Positions 1 to 9,664 of a DNA stretch of 64,000 bases are shown one piece after another. Position 1 is the first letter of the stretch, and each line of letters opens with the position of its first letter. The notes under the pieces are model-generated. The model worked only from the letters and a program-made list of their open reading frames with translations, had not been told where the DNA came from and searched no databases. The stretch is from an uncultured Verrucomicrobiae bacterium. GTDB taxonomy: Bacteria > Verrucomicrobiota > Verrucomicrobiia > Chthoniobacterales > JAFAMB01. The translations under genes were made by a program, and so were the position numbers. The DNA lies in assembly GCA_963813025.1 (NCBI GenBank), contig CAWEXO010000011.1, positions 640,001-704,000 of the forward strand, in the 5' to 3' direction.

Positions 1-83
1 AAGCGGGAGCTTGCCCCTACCGATCCCGGGTATTGTGAGACGATCTCTTTATTCGAGCTGCTTTCGCAGTGGCATCAAGGAGC
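1..83. repeat. REP-like composite repeat module (GGGAGCTTGCCCCTACCG - variable - TTGTGAGAC...ATTCGAGC...GGCATCAAGGAG)
   Basis: Near-copies at 10826-10886 (reverse complement), 12050-12127 (reverse complement) and 22978-23258. Confidence 0.8.
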
Positions 84-1034
84 TCACGTAGTCCCTACTT
101 TGAGCAAAAGCTTTCCACTCGTCTTACGCGATTCGAGGTCGACCTGGGCGGCGCCTGCCTCCGCTAACGGGTAGACGTGGTGTATCCGCACCTGGAGCTC
201 TTTTCGAGCCAACCGGTCGAAGAGTTTGTTGGCGCGCCCGAGTAATTCTTCACGATTAGCGATGTAGTGCGAAAGGCTCGGACGGGTTAAGAACAACGAT
301 TTTGGCTGGAGCAGCGCAACATCGAAAGGCGGTACACGACCGCTCGATTGACCGAACAGAGCGAGCATTCCGCGAGGTCGCAACGATTCCAGGCTGCCGG
401 CAAACGTCTGCGCCCCGACCGAATCATAGACTACATTGACGCCTTGGTTCTGAGTCGCCGCGCGCACGGCAGACGCAAAGTCCTCCTCCGTGTAGCGAAT
501 CGCCAGATCAGCGCCTGCATTCCAGGCCAGCTGCGCTTTTTCTTCAGTCGAGACCGTGGTGAAGACTCGCGCTCCTTTGCGTTTAATCAGCTATATCAGG
601 AGGAGGCCGACGCCGCCTGCGCCCGCATGAACGAGCGCCGTATCGCCGGCTTTCACCGGATACGTGCTCGCGGTCAGGTATTCAGCCGTCAAACCCTGCA
701 AAAGGGCCTGCGGCGGTGGAGAGTTCAACCTCGTCGGGCACGGGGATAAGTTTCCAGGTCGGCACGGCGGCAAACTCGGCGTACGCGCCCGAAAAATCTG
801 TCCAGCCACTCGCGTGCCCGGCGCGAGTTCTCCTCGCTCGACAACTCCGGCCCCCTCCATTCCTGGCGTGAAAGGCAGTGATACTTTGTAGAGGCGTTGA
901 TAAATGTCCAGGAAATTCACTCCGGCCGCGTGCACGCGGACCAGGGATTCGCCTGGTTCCAATTCGGGCAAATCAATCTCTTCAATCTGCAGGACCTCGG
1001 GGCCACCGTGCGAATGAACTCGAATCGCTTTCAT
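84..1034 (-). CDS. qor: NADPH:quinone oxidoreductase (MDR/zeta-crystallin family), split by apparent frameshifts
   Basis: MKAIRVHSHGGPEVL (ATG 1034), VHAAGVNFLD, HAGAGGVG, then VVYDSVG...LALFGQSSG...KTSGKLLL in another frame (84-467); frame changes near 790 and 600. Confidence 0.85.
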
Positions 1035-1167
1035 GCTAGCAACGCTAACCTGAAAAACGCAGCAGTTCATTATAGTACGCAGGAGTGAGCGCGGTGAATT
1101 GGATGCAACGCGATCGGTCCAGATCTTTTGGCCGCGCCGCGCGAAGCCTGCTAATAGTGGAGTCACG

Positions 1168-1737
1168 ATGGGTATCAAATCGGACCAATGGATCCGCCGG
1201 ATGGCGCTCGAAAAATCCATGATTGATCCTTTCGCGAGTGCGCAGGTGCGTCGGAACGAAGCGGGTGGTTCGGTGATCAGCTACGGGCTGTCCAGCTACG
1301 GTTACGATCTGCGGGTCTCGACCGAGTTCAAGATTTTCATCAACGCATTTAACACCGTGGTCGATCCGAAAGCATTCGATGAAAAATCGTTTGTTGATCT
1401 GGACACCGATGTCTGCGTGGTGCCGCCGAACTCATTCGCCTTAGGTCGCAGTGTCGAATACTTCCGTATTCCGCGCGAAGTTCTGACGATTTGCCTGGGT
1501 AAATCAACCTATGCGCGCTGTGGAATCATTGTGAATGTCACCCCGCTTGAACCGGAATGGGAGGGACACGTGACTCTGGAGATTTCGAACACGACACCGC
1601 TGCCGGCGCGCGTATACGCCAATGAGGGCTTGGCTCAGGTGATTTTTCTGGAGGCGTCGGAAGTATGCGAGACGTCGTATGCCGATCGGTCGGGCAAGTA
1701 CATGGGACAACGCGGGATCACGGTGGCGAGAGGATGA
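1168..1737 (+). CDS. dcd: dCTP deaminase
   Basis: [48 protein letters not shown] motifs. Confidence 0.95.
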   Translation: MGIKSDQWIRRMALEKSMIDPFASAQVRRNEAGGSVISYGLSSYGYDLRVSTEFKIFINAFNTVVDPKAFDEKSFVDLDTDVCVVPPNSFALGRSVEYFRIPREVLTICLGKSTYARCGIIVNVTPLEPEWEGHVTLEISNTTPLPARVYANEGLAQVIFLEASEVCETSYADRSGKYMGQRGITVARG

Positions 1738-1835
1738 TAGAGGCGAAGAGCCAGAACATGCGGCTCCGGAACTCCGGCAACTCCTAAACTCCTAGACTTC
1801 TCGCAAAGTTCGCTGGATGATTGCCGTCCCTAAAT

Positions 1836-2312
1836 ATGCGCCACACAATTTCAGTCCTGGTGGAAAACCGTTTCGGCGTCCTCGCTCGAGTTGCCGGAAT
1901 GTTCAGCGGGCGCGGCTTTAATATCGATAGTCTGAATGTCGCGCCGACAAACGATCCTTCAACATCGCGGATGACGATCGTAGTCCGTGGAGACGATACC
2001 GTGCTGGAACAGGTAACCAAGCAGCTCAATAAGCTCGTCGACATTATCGAGATTCAAGACTTTCGTGATGGCGAGTATGTCGATCGGGAGCTGGTCATGC
2101 TTCGGGTCAACGCAGACTCCGACAATCGTTCGGAAGTGATGCAGATCTGCGACATTTTCCGCGCAAAGATTGTCGATGTGCAGCCTCGGCGGCTCGGCAT
2201 CGAGATCACCGGCAACGAAAGCAAGATCAGCAAATTCCTGCGGTTGATGGACAACTTTGGCATCAGCGACGTGACCCGGACCGGGAAAGTCGCCATGGCA
2301 CGCGTCGAATAG
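1836..2312 (+). CDS. ilvN: Acetolactate synthase small (regulatory) subunit
   Basis: MRHTISVLVENRFGVLARVAGMFSGRGFNIDSL ACT domain; ends RTGKVAMAR; directly upstream of ilvC. Confidence 0.95.
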   Translation: MRHTISVLVENRFGVLARVAGMFSGRGFNIDSLNVAPTNDPSTSRMTIVVRGDDTVLEQVTKQLNKLVDIIEIQDFRDGEYVDRELVMLRVNADSDNRSEVMQICDIFRAKIVDVQPRRLGIEITGNESKISKFLRLMDNFGISDVTRTGKVAMARVE

Positions 2313-2344
2313 TTTTCCCGCGTTTAAGAAGCAAGTAACTATTT

Positions 2345-3370
2345 ATGGCAGCAAAAGTATACACTGATAAAGACGCCGATCTTCAGCACCTGCAAGGAAA
2401 GCTATGCGGAGTTATCGGATTCGGCTCCCAAGGGCACGCGCACGCGCTCAATCTGAAGGACAGCGGAATTGATGTGGCGGTAGGATTATACAAAGGCAGT
2501 AAATCAATCCCGACCGCTCAGGATCATGGGTTTGAAGTTCACGAGGTCGCGGAGCTGGCCAAAAAAGCCGATGTACTGTTCTTCGCGACGCCCGACCTTC
2601 GGATCTCCTCGATTTTTCGCGATGAAGTAAGCCCGCATCTCCAAAAAAATCGGACGCTGCTTTTCAGTCATGGGTTCGCGATTCATTTTGGGACGGTCCG
2701 GCCGCCTGCCGATGTCGATGTCATCATGGTCGCGCCCAAAGGGCCCGGGCATATCGTGCGCCGCCAGTATCTGGAAGGCAAAGGCGTCCCGGCGCTTATC
2801 GCGGTCCACCAGAACCCGTCTCGACAGGCGAAGAAGGTGGCCCTCGCCTGGGCAAAAGGAATCGGCGCCACTCGAGCCGGAGTCCTGGAGACCTCCTTCA
2901 AAGAAGAGACCGAGACCGATCTGTTCGGCGAGCAGGCTGTGCTCTGCGGCGGTTTAACGTCGCTGGTCCGGAATGGATACGAGACCCTCGTCGAAGCCGG
3001 TTACCAGCCGGAGATGGCCTATTTTGAGTGTCTCCATGAACTGAAGCTGATTGTCGATTTGATGTACGAGTCCGGCATTGCGGGAATGCGTTTCTCGATT
3101 TCGGAGACGGCCAAGTGGGGCGATGTTTCCGTGGGTCCGGTGATCGTCGATCTCGCGGTGAAGAAGAAAATGGAGCGGACGCTCAAGGACATTCAATCGG
3201 GTAAATTTGCCAAAGGTTGGATCGCCGAGGCGGAAGCCGGGTTTCCTAATTACAAACGGCTTTTGAAAGAAGGGGAAGGGCACTCAATCGAAAAGATTGG
3301 TAAACGGCTTCGCTCATTAATGCCCTGGATCCAGAAGAAGAATATCAAAGGCGCGCAGGCAGCGTACTGA
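2345..3370 (+). CDS. ilvC: Ketol-acid reductoisomerase (class I)
   Basis: [53 protein letters not shown]. Confidence 0.97.
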   Translation: MAAKVYTDKDADLQHLQGKLCGVIGFGSQGHAHALNLKDSGIDVAVGLYKGSKSIPTAQDHGFEVHEVAELAKKADVLFFATPDLRISSIFRDEVSPHLQKNRTLLFSHGFAIHFGTVRPPADVDVIMVAPKGPGHIVRRQYLEGKGVPALIAVHQNPSRQAKKVALAWAKGIGATRAGVLETSFKEETETDLFGEQAVLCGGLTSLVRNGYETLVEAGYQPEMAYFECLHELKLIVDLMYESGIAGMRFSISETAKWGDVSVGPVIVDLAVKKKMERTLKDIQSGKFAKGWIAEAEAGFPNYKRLLKEGEGHSIEKIGKRLRSLMPWIQKKNIKGAQAAY

Positions 3371-3430
3371 TAGCGGATAGCCAATGACCGATAGCCGATT
3401 ACGAATCGGCTATCGGCGATCGGCTATCAG
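3369..3430. repeat. Inverted short tandem repeats (GATAGCC-like / GGCTATC-like) forming a hairpin, possible terminator
   Basis: gatagcggatagcc...gatagccgat-tacga-atcggctatcggcgatcggctatc right after the ilvC stop. Confidence 0.6.
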
Positions 3431-3435
3431 TCATC

Positions 3436-3651
3436 TCACTCAAAGTACCGGCGATGGACTTGCCGGCGCGCGGAAGCTGGCCTCAGATTTTTCTCATCGA
3501 TTTCCGCCGCGAGACGAAACAGCTCATGGGCAGTCATCGGCTGAGATTTTCCGGTACCTCGCCGTCGATTTCCCTCATTATCTTCCGGAGCGAGACTTCG
3601 GAATTCTGTTTCCCTATCCGTCCTCGCCGTGCTGAACATTTCCTTGTCCAT
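3436..3651 (-). CDS. Small hypothetical protein (71 aa)
   Basis: ATG preceded by AGAAAGG on the minus strand; fills the ilvC-pepF gap; no recognisable motif. Confidence 0.35.
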   Translation of the reverse strand: MDKEMFSTARTDRETEFRSLAPEDNEGNRRRGTGKSQPMTAHELFRLAAEIDEKNLRPASARRQVHRRYFE

Positions 3652-3755
3652 ACCGACCGCGCCTTTCTGATATTAAAACCGACCTCGACGGGTAAATCGC
3701 TCGCCACGCCCGCCAAAGGCGATTAGGATAGCTCAAAGCTCTGGCAAAAACCACC

Positions 3756-5561
3756 TTATTGTTGAAGCAGGGTCCGTAATTCTTCGATCCGCTGGCTGAA
3801 CACCTCGATAGCTTTCTCTACCGGCGCGGGGGAGGCCATATCTACGCCAGCATTTGACAGAGTCTCGATCGGGAATTCCGAGCCCCCTGATTTCAGAAAG
3901 CCAAGGTAAGCATCCCGCGCGCCCGCAACTCCTTTGATTACGCGATCCGCCAGGGTGATCGCGGCGGAGACGCCCGTTGCGTATTTGTACACGTAAAACG
4001 CTGAGTAAAAGTGCGGAATGCGAAGACACTCGATCTCGAGCTCGGAATCGAGGGTAAAGTGGGGCCCAAAATAGGCCTCGAGCAGCGTTCGATAAAGTTG
4101 TTTGAAGGTCGCCAAGGTGAGCGGCTCGCCTCTTTCCTCAATCTCATGGGTTTGCGTTTCGAATTCGGCGAACATCGTTTGGCGGAAAAGCACGCTGCGG
4201 ATGTCCTCGATACGCCGATCGATTAGATAAGCGCGCAACTCGGGCTCTTGTGCGCGTTCCAACAGGTAATGGGTCAGCAGTTCTTCGTTAAACGTTGAGG
4301 CGACCTCGGCCAGAAAGATTGGATAGCTGTATGTCTGGAAAGGCTGATGAGATTGTGAAAGCCAGCTATGCATGGAGTGGCCGGCTTCATGTGCCAAGGT
4401 GAAAACGTGAGAAAAAACATCGGCCTGATAATTCATCAGGATGTACGGAGGATTACCATAGCTGGAGGACGAGAAAGCGCCGCTGCGTTTCCCCTTGCTC
4501 TCGTATCGGTCGATCCAGCGCGAGTTCAGTCCGGCTCGAAGAGGATCGACATACTCCGGACCAAGCGGCGCGAGTGACTCGGTCACGAGAGCCGCGGCTT
4601 CATCGAACGGAACATTTTTGCGAACTGCCGGCACGAGCGGCACAAAAGTGTCGTACTGGTGCAGGTCGGCCAGCCCAAGGACTTCCTGGCGCAGATCATA
4701 GTAGGCATGGAGCGCGGGTAAATTTCGGCGAACCGCAGCGACCAGGCTGTCGTAGATTGTAAGAGGAACTTTGTCGGGAAACAGCGCTGCTTCGCGGGCA
4801 GAACCGAAACTCCTTGCGCGGGCATAGAACGCGTCGCCTCGAATTGAGGCGGCAAGAGCGGAAGCCAAGGTGAACTGGTGATCTTGAAATTCGCGGTAGA
4901 ACTGATGAAAGGCCTTCCGGCGGACCTCGCGGTCAGAGCGTTGGAGCAAAGAAAAAAAACTGCTCTGCGAGAGAGGAACCTCCCGGTTATCTTCGTCTCG
5001 CACCGTGCCAAATTGCATGTCGACATTGGTGAGTTGCGAAAAGGTCTCGCCATGCCCCCGGACCACACTGCTGCTGGCCGCCAGAAGCCGCTCTTCTCCC
5101 TCGGACAAGGTGTGCGCGCGATAACGCCGGATCTTCGCGAGGGGAATTCGCCACTCGCTGAGGATCGGATCATGCCGGTAGTCCTCAAAGCGGTCATCCG
5201 GAATCTGCTGAATCGCCGGGACCACGAACGATGACGACTCGCGGGCGCGCGTGAAAAGGTTGGTAAGTTCGGCTTGGCGGGCGAGGTTTTCGTCGTTGGA
5301 ACTATCCTCAGCGGCCCGGAGCGAAGCGTAGTGCCCCAGGCGTTCCGCCAACGAATCCAGAGATTTCTCCAGTTCCAGGCAGGCAAGGAGGTCTTGTGCG
5401 GATCGACCGAGTCGCCCCTTGAACTCGCTGAGCCGGGGATACTCGGCTCGATAGTGTTCCAGGTTTTGGCGATAATCCTTCTCGGAGGCAAAGAGCGCTC
5501 GGAGATCCCAGGTATCAGGTTCGGCAATTTCAGAGCGAAGCGGTATCGTCGCGGAGGTCAT
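3756..5561 (-). CDS. pepF: Oligoendopeptidase F (M3B)
   Basis: TWDL N-terminus, GKRSGAFS, HEAGHSMH zinc motif, FLAEVASTFNE, RIPHFY...YVYKYATG. Confidence 0.95.
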   Translation of the reverse strand: MTSATIPLRSEIAEPDTWDLRALFASEKDYRQNLEHYRAEYPRLSEFKGRLGRSAQDLLACLELEKSLDSLAERLGHYASLRAAEDSSNDENLARQAELTNLFTRARESSSFVVPAIQQIPDDRFEDYRHDPILSEWRIPLAKIRRYRAHTLSEGEERLLAASSSVVRGHGETFSQLTNVDMQFGTVRDEDNREVPLSQSSFFSLLQRSDREVRRKAFHQFYREFQDHQFTLASALAASIRGDAFYARARSFGSAREAALFPDKVPLTIYDSLVAAVRRNLPALHAYYDLRQEVLGLADLHQYDTFVPLVPAVRKNVPFDEAAALVTESLAPLGPEYVDPLRAGLNSRWIDRYESKGKRSGAFSSSSYGNPPYILMNYQADVFSHVFTLAHEAGHSMHSWLSQSHQPFQTYSYPIFLAEVASTFNEELLTHYLLERAQEPELRAYLIDRRIEDIRSVLFRQTMFAEFETQTHEIEERGEPLTLATFKQLYRTLLEAYFGPHFTLDSELEIECLRIPHFYSAFYVYKYATGVSAAITLADRVIKGVAGARDAYLGFLKSGGSEFPIETLSNAGVDMASPAPVEKAIEVFSQRIEELRTLLQQ

Positions 5562-5573
5562 GAAGAGACAGTG

Positions 5574-5650
5574 AAATCGCAGATCGCAAATCGCAAATCG
5601 CAAAAGAGACTGAATTGAGAATCCAAGATGTTCACGGGTTTGCGATTTGC
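5574..5650. repeat. Heptamer tandem repeats (AAATCGC)n with an inverted partial copy
   Basis: aaatcgcagatcgcaaatcgcaaatcgcaaa at 5574-5604; tttgcgatttgc near 5638-5650. Confidence 0.6.
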
Positions 5651-5675
5651 ACCATCGCTTGGGTCGATTTTAAAG

Positions 5676-6575
5676 CTAAGCGCGGGGGTGAGCCGCGTCG
5701 TAGGCCTTGCGCAGGCGCTCTGTCGTGACCTGAGTATAGATCTGCGTGGTGGAGAGGCTGGCATGGCCCAGGAGCGTTTGCACGCTGCGCAGATCGGCGC
5801 CGTTATCGAGCAAGTGGGTAGCAAAACTGTGCCGCAGCTTATGCGGGCTCACCGGTAACTGGATACCGCTTTGCTGCAAATATTTTCGGAGAATCAGCCA
5901 GACCGAGCGCGCTGAGATGCGCTTTCGGAGCTTGCTTATAAACAGCGGCCCAGTGTTGACCCCTGCTTCCAACCGGTACTTCTGAATGGCGTTCAGCGCG
6001 ATTTGGCCGACGGGGACGATTCGCTCTTTTCGGCCTTTGCCGAGAACGCGGACCGACTCCGTGAAAGTATCGACGTCAGACACGTTCAGGGCGACGAGTT
6101 CGCTGAGCCGCAACCCGCTGCTGTAAAACAGTTCCAGCATAGCAATATCCCGCCTCGCGGCCCACGACGGCGCCTGATTTTTTCTAGGCACGCCGGCCGG
6201 CAGCGCCAGTAGTTCCTCGATCTGCGGCACCGACAAGACGACCGGGAGTTTCTTTTCTCTCTTTGGCAACTGGACTTCTTTCAGCGGATTCGAACTGAAG
6301 CCGGCGCGCTCAGTCAAATAGCGGTAGAAACTGCGCAAAGCGGCAAAGGTCAACCGAACGTAAGAGCGGGCCATTTCCAGTTTCATGCACTCGAGCAAAA
6401 AAGCGCGAAACTGGTTGGCGGTAGCGGTCGGCCAGGGGTTTTGGTTGCCGGAGAATGCCCGAAAGTTTTCCAATGCATGCCGGTACGCAAGAATCGTGTG
6501 AGAGGAAGCGTTCTTCTCGACCTGCATGTACTGAAGGTACTGCTCGAGTAACCGATCTTTCTTCGCAGTCGCCAC
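5676..6575 (-). CDS. xerC: Tyrosine recombinase XerC-like
   Basis: SGLRLSEL, GKGRKER, PHKLRHSFATHLL, LLGHASLSTTQIYT, ends HPRA; full catalytic R-K-H-R-H-Y set. Confidence 0.85.
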   Translation of the reverse strand: MATAKKDRLLEQYLQYMQVEKNASSHTILAYRHALENFRAFSGNQNPWPTATANQFRAFLLECMKLEMARSYVRLTFAALRSFYRYLTERAGFSSNPLKEVQLPKREKKLPVVLSVPQIEELLALPAGVPRKNQAPSWAARRDIAMLELFYSSGLRLSELVALNVSDVDTFTESVRVLGKGRKERIVPVGQIALNAIQKYRLEAGVNTGPLFISKLRKRISARSVWLILRKYLQQSGIQLPVSPHKLRHSFATHLLDNGADLRSVQTLLGHASLSTTQIYTQVTTERLRKAYDAAHPRA

Positions 6576-6611
6576 TGAGGGTAAGACTAGAAAACCGTGC
6601 TGAAGGTGTCG

Positions 6612-6786
6612 AGCCGGGAGTCCCGCGTTCCGGCTCCCGAGTGTGGAGTCCCGAGTGTCGGGCCGGGGTACACCCTTCGACCGCCGTAACGCTGTTGCCG
6701 GCTGACCGACCTTAACAGAGCGACCTGCAATTCGTTGCTCGGGACGCGGGACCCGGGACTCGCGACACTCGGGACCCGGAACCCGA
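6612..6786. repeat. Facing degenerate heptamer arrays (CCCGAGT-like / ACTCGGG-like)
   Basis: gagtcccgcgttccggctcccgagtgtggagtcccgagtgtcg versus ctcgggacgcgggacccgggactcgcgacactcgggacccggaacccg. Confidence 0.6.
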
Positions 6787-6789
6787 AAC

Positions 6790-8421
6790 CTACCGGCGTC
6801 CGATCGGATCGCTTAGATGAGCCGGTTGGGCGGTAGAGCCGACCTCGCCTCCTCGTGCCGTCGCACGACTGAACCGCAAGGTCGCCGCCCTTGTTTCGAT
6901 GCCATCCGGTGAGGTCGCCCGAATCGGGATTTCGAAATGTCCATCCGGCAATTTGAAATGATAGCGGAACGAACCGTCCGGCTGAAGCTCGATCGGTTGG
7001 CCATCGACCGTAACCTTCGCTCTCGGATCCGTGCCACCGTAGAAAATGACCTCGGCGTTTACGTGGAGGAAAAAGGCTCGCTCGCCATAGGCTGGCTGAC
7101 CGCTCCAGCTCGCCCCGACTTCACTGGAAAGGTTGGTCTCGCTGAAGAGCTGATTCCAGCTCGACAGTTCGAATTGAAGACCACTCCAACCGGCAGCAAC
7201 CGCGGAACTAAGTTCAGCCGATCCGAGTCCGAGGCCTGAAACCTCCGCGGAGCTCAGTCCGAGAGGAAAAGTCTCCGAAGAGCTGAGGCCGAGCGATTGT
7301 TCGGAAGCCAAACCATAAGAGCTTGTCTCCGCGGCACCGGGGATGGACAAAGGGCGTTCGCTTACTTCTCTCGAGCTCAGACCAAAAGAACTGGCTACTG
7401 ATTGCCAGCTCCCGCCGAGTGCTGCCTGCTGCCAACTTGCTCCGACCTCGCTACCGGCTTTCGCGGCGAGCATCGACTCGCTGCCGATACCGGCGCCGAG
7501 GGAAGATTCGCCGCCGACCGCACCCAGTGATGATTCGCCTCCCAGTCCGGCAGCTTGAAAACTGCTGACGCCCGCGCTGAACAACTCCCGGGCCAGAGCT
7601 TCGCGTATCGAACCGCTGAAAAGACTCGATTCAGCCGGCAACAACAGTTCGGCTAGCCGGCTTTTGGCCAGAATTTCGCTCGCCGATTCGGAATTGAGCC
7701 TCGAACGAATCTCTTGTTGCAGAAAGCTCGAGAGTTCCGCTGAGCTTAAGGAAAACAATTGGTCCAGGGTTTGTTTGCCGAGCAACGCTTCCAGGACCCT
7801 GATCTGATCGGACGCCCAGCTCGAGGGTTCTCCAAAAGTGCCTCCGGCATCCCTCTGCTGAAGACGGCTCAATGCTTCCGCCAGCGGTTGGCCCGATCGG
7901 CGTGCGGCGGCAATCACGTCCAGCAGAAGGTTAAAACTCAAATGGAACGGCACGGTGGCAAACTTTGCATCCCAGTCCGGACTCACCGACTCAGGAGGGG
8001 TGTGCGCCGGCCCAGCGGACCCGAGTTCGCGCCACTGTCCCGAGCTGTCAGTAAGACCAAAAACGATCCGGTAACTGGCATTAGCGGCCCGGACCGGGAT
8101 GTACCAGTTCCGGGCGATCTCATTCAGCTCGATGATTGACTCAAGCTCGTCTTCCCGAAAAACGCGGAGCTTCAATTGCCGCTCGGCCGGGAATTGCGAG
8201 TAGTCGAAATCCCAGTAGGTGAAGAGCCAGTGAGGATCGCGGGCGATGAGAAAGATTTGCGGCTCGGCTTTTGGCAATTCGCCGAGCGACTCGAATTCCG
8301 GGCTCAAAGCAGGATCGGTTGCCGGAAGGTATTTCGAGCTTTCCTCTTCGTACTCATTTGGCACCACGGGCTTCGGCGCAATGCGAAATCCGTTTTGGTT
8401 GTCGCCCGATTCGTTGCTCAT
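6790..8421 (-). CDS. DUF4912-like protein with Ser/Gly-rich middle and Ig-like C-terminal domain
   Basis: LIARDPHWLFTYWD and RNWYI motifs; C-terminal FFLHVNAEVIFYGGTDPRAKVTVDGQPIELQPDGSFRYHF. Confidence 0.75.
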   Translation of the reverse strand: MSNESGDNQNGFRIAPKPVVPNEYEEESSKYLPATDPALSPEFESLGELPKAEPQIFLIARDPHWLFTYWDFDYSQFPAERQLKLRVFREDELESIIELNEIARNWYIPVRAANASYRIVFGLTDSSGQWRELGSAGPAHTPPESVSPDWDAKFATVPFHLSFNLLLDVIAAARRSGQPLAEALSRLQQRDAGGTFGEPSSWASDQIRVLEALLGKQTLDQLFSLSSAELSSFLQQEIRSRLNSESASEILAKSRLAELLLPAESSLFSGSIREALARELFSAGVSSFQAAGLGGESSLGAVGGESSLGAGIGSESMLAAKAGSEVGASWQQAALGGSWQSVASSFGLSSREVSERPLSIPGAAETSSYGLASEQSLGLSSSETFPLGLSSAEVSGLGLGSAELSSAVAAGWSGLQFELSSWNQLFSETNLSSEVGASWSGQPAYGERAFFLHVNAEVIFYGGTDPRAKVTVDGQPIELQPDGSFRYHFKLPDGHFEIPIRATSPDGIETRAATLRFSRATARGGEVGSTAQPAHLSDPIGRR

Positions 8422-8451
8422 AAAAATCATTCCTCCTGGCCCGCTACCGCT

Positions 8452-8509
8452 CCCCCGGGGACAGGCCCCGGCAAAGATTACCCCCGGGGACAGGCCCCGG
8501 CAAAGATTA
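8452..8509. repeat. Perfect 29-bp tandem duplication, each unit with a CCGGGG-ACAGG-CCCCGG hairpin
   Basis: cccccggggacaggccccggcaaagatta at 8452-8480 and 8481-8509. Confidence 0.9.
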
Positions 8510-8586
8510 GGAGAAACGTCGGCGAAGGCAAATAGGTTTTTTTCAGTGCGCAAAACGTGAAACGCGAAACGTGAAACGCCCTAACC

Positions 8587-9363
8587 TCAGCGCGCACCCG
8601 ACATCGCTGACGCTTCGGTCAGCGACGAACTCCTGGCCGTCAGTCCGGCCAGGTAAGGATTGCGAACAGGCAGAGCCGTGGCTGCCTGAATATTGGTGGG
8701 ATATTCGAGACGCGAAAAGATGGCATAAGCGATGCGCGATCGCGGAACGACTTTCTCGCCGAACCCGCCAGGTTTGTTGCTGGACCAGAAACGCACCATA
8801 TTAACGCCTCCCTTTTGTTCCTGGCCGAGGTAGATAACGGAATGCCCGTGTTCGCTCCGACCCACATTGTCCGTCCAGAAGATCTTCATAAAGTCGCCGG
8901 GACGCGCGTCGTTGAAAGAAGTGAAATTGGATCCGAGCCGCAGTTCTCGAAAAAGGCAAGCGGTCCCTGGTCCATTGGCGTTCCACCGGCCCCAAATTCC
9001 TGAGCCGTCCGGTTGATCATGGACCGCCAGAGCACGCGCGAGCGAACTGTTCATCTGTGCTGGAGCAAGGCGCTGCAAGGCCTCGAGAAAGACCAGATAC
9101 GTTGCCTCGGAACAAAAACTCGGGTGCGCGTCAGCCGGATCCACTTCCAGGGTACCTCCGCTGACCCGGACCGCGGTTTGGAGACGGCGCATTGCCTCGG
9201 ACGTCGCGAGATAACCGCCCCCGGACGGCATTGTGCTGATGAGCGAGACGATGAGGTGGTTAGGGTTCTCCTGGGCCAACAGCGCTGAGCTGGCGAGAAC
9301 AGAAAAGATCAAGACAAGCGTGCAGGCCTTGGGCGGAAGGTTACGAAGCTTTGGGAAGTTCAA
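8587..9363 (-). CDS. Exported hypothetical protein with an NlpC/P60-CHAP-like Cys-His pattern
   Basis: Signal-peptide-like N-terminus; SFCSEAT, ARPGDFM, HGHSVIYLG, RFWSSN. Confidence 0.6.
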   Translation of the reverse strand: MNFPKLRNLPPKACTLVLIFSVLASSALLAQENPNHLIVSLISTMPSGGGYLATSEAMRRLQTAVRVSGGTLEVDPADAHPSFCSEATYLVFLEALQRLAPAQMNSSLARALAVHDQPDGSGIWGRWNANGPGTACLFRELRLGSNFTSFNDARPGDFMKIFWTDNVGRSEHGHSVIYLGQEQKGGVNMVRFWSSNKPGGFGEKVVPRSRIAYAIFSRLEYPTNIQAATALPVRNPYLAGLTARSSSLTEASAMSGAR

Positions 9364-9664
9364 GGAAGTTCAGGTTTCTGGCGGCGATCGATCATTGACT
9401 TCGGTAAAGTGAAGGATGTTGCGCGAGCTCAAAAACACCGGCACTATAACGAGTTTCTTCATACTGACAAACGAAGCGCACCGTCGACAAATTGGGCCAG
9501 TGGTTCCTACAGGTCTCAGGGGACTCATGGGTCCTGTGCGACCTATCCGGGATGAGAGCGTCCCGTTCGAAGAAAGGAGCTCCTGGCGCAGGGGCGCAGT
9601 TTCCTCCAGAAAAGGATAGTAGTGATGCGTGTCCGGGAAAACGTGAGAAGATGAGCGTGAGACC

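Noticed and set aside
4583..5527. Long alternative-frame ORFs (e.g. 4583-5527, 15905-16786, 55415-56293, 49891-50670)
   Set aside because: They overlap well-supported genes and are expected in high-GC DNA; only the start of 49891-50670 is a displaced AKR fragment
5676..6575. Integron integrase or prophage/island integrase
   Set aside because: Length and motifs (LGHASLSTTQIYT, terminal HPRA) match chromosomal XerC; no IntI-specific insertion, attC cassettes or phage genes nearby
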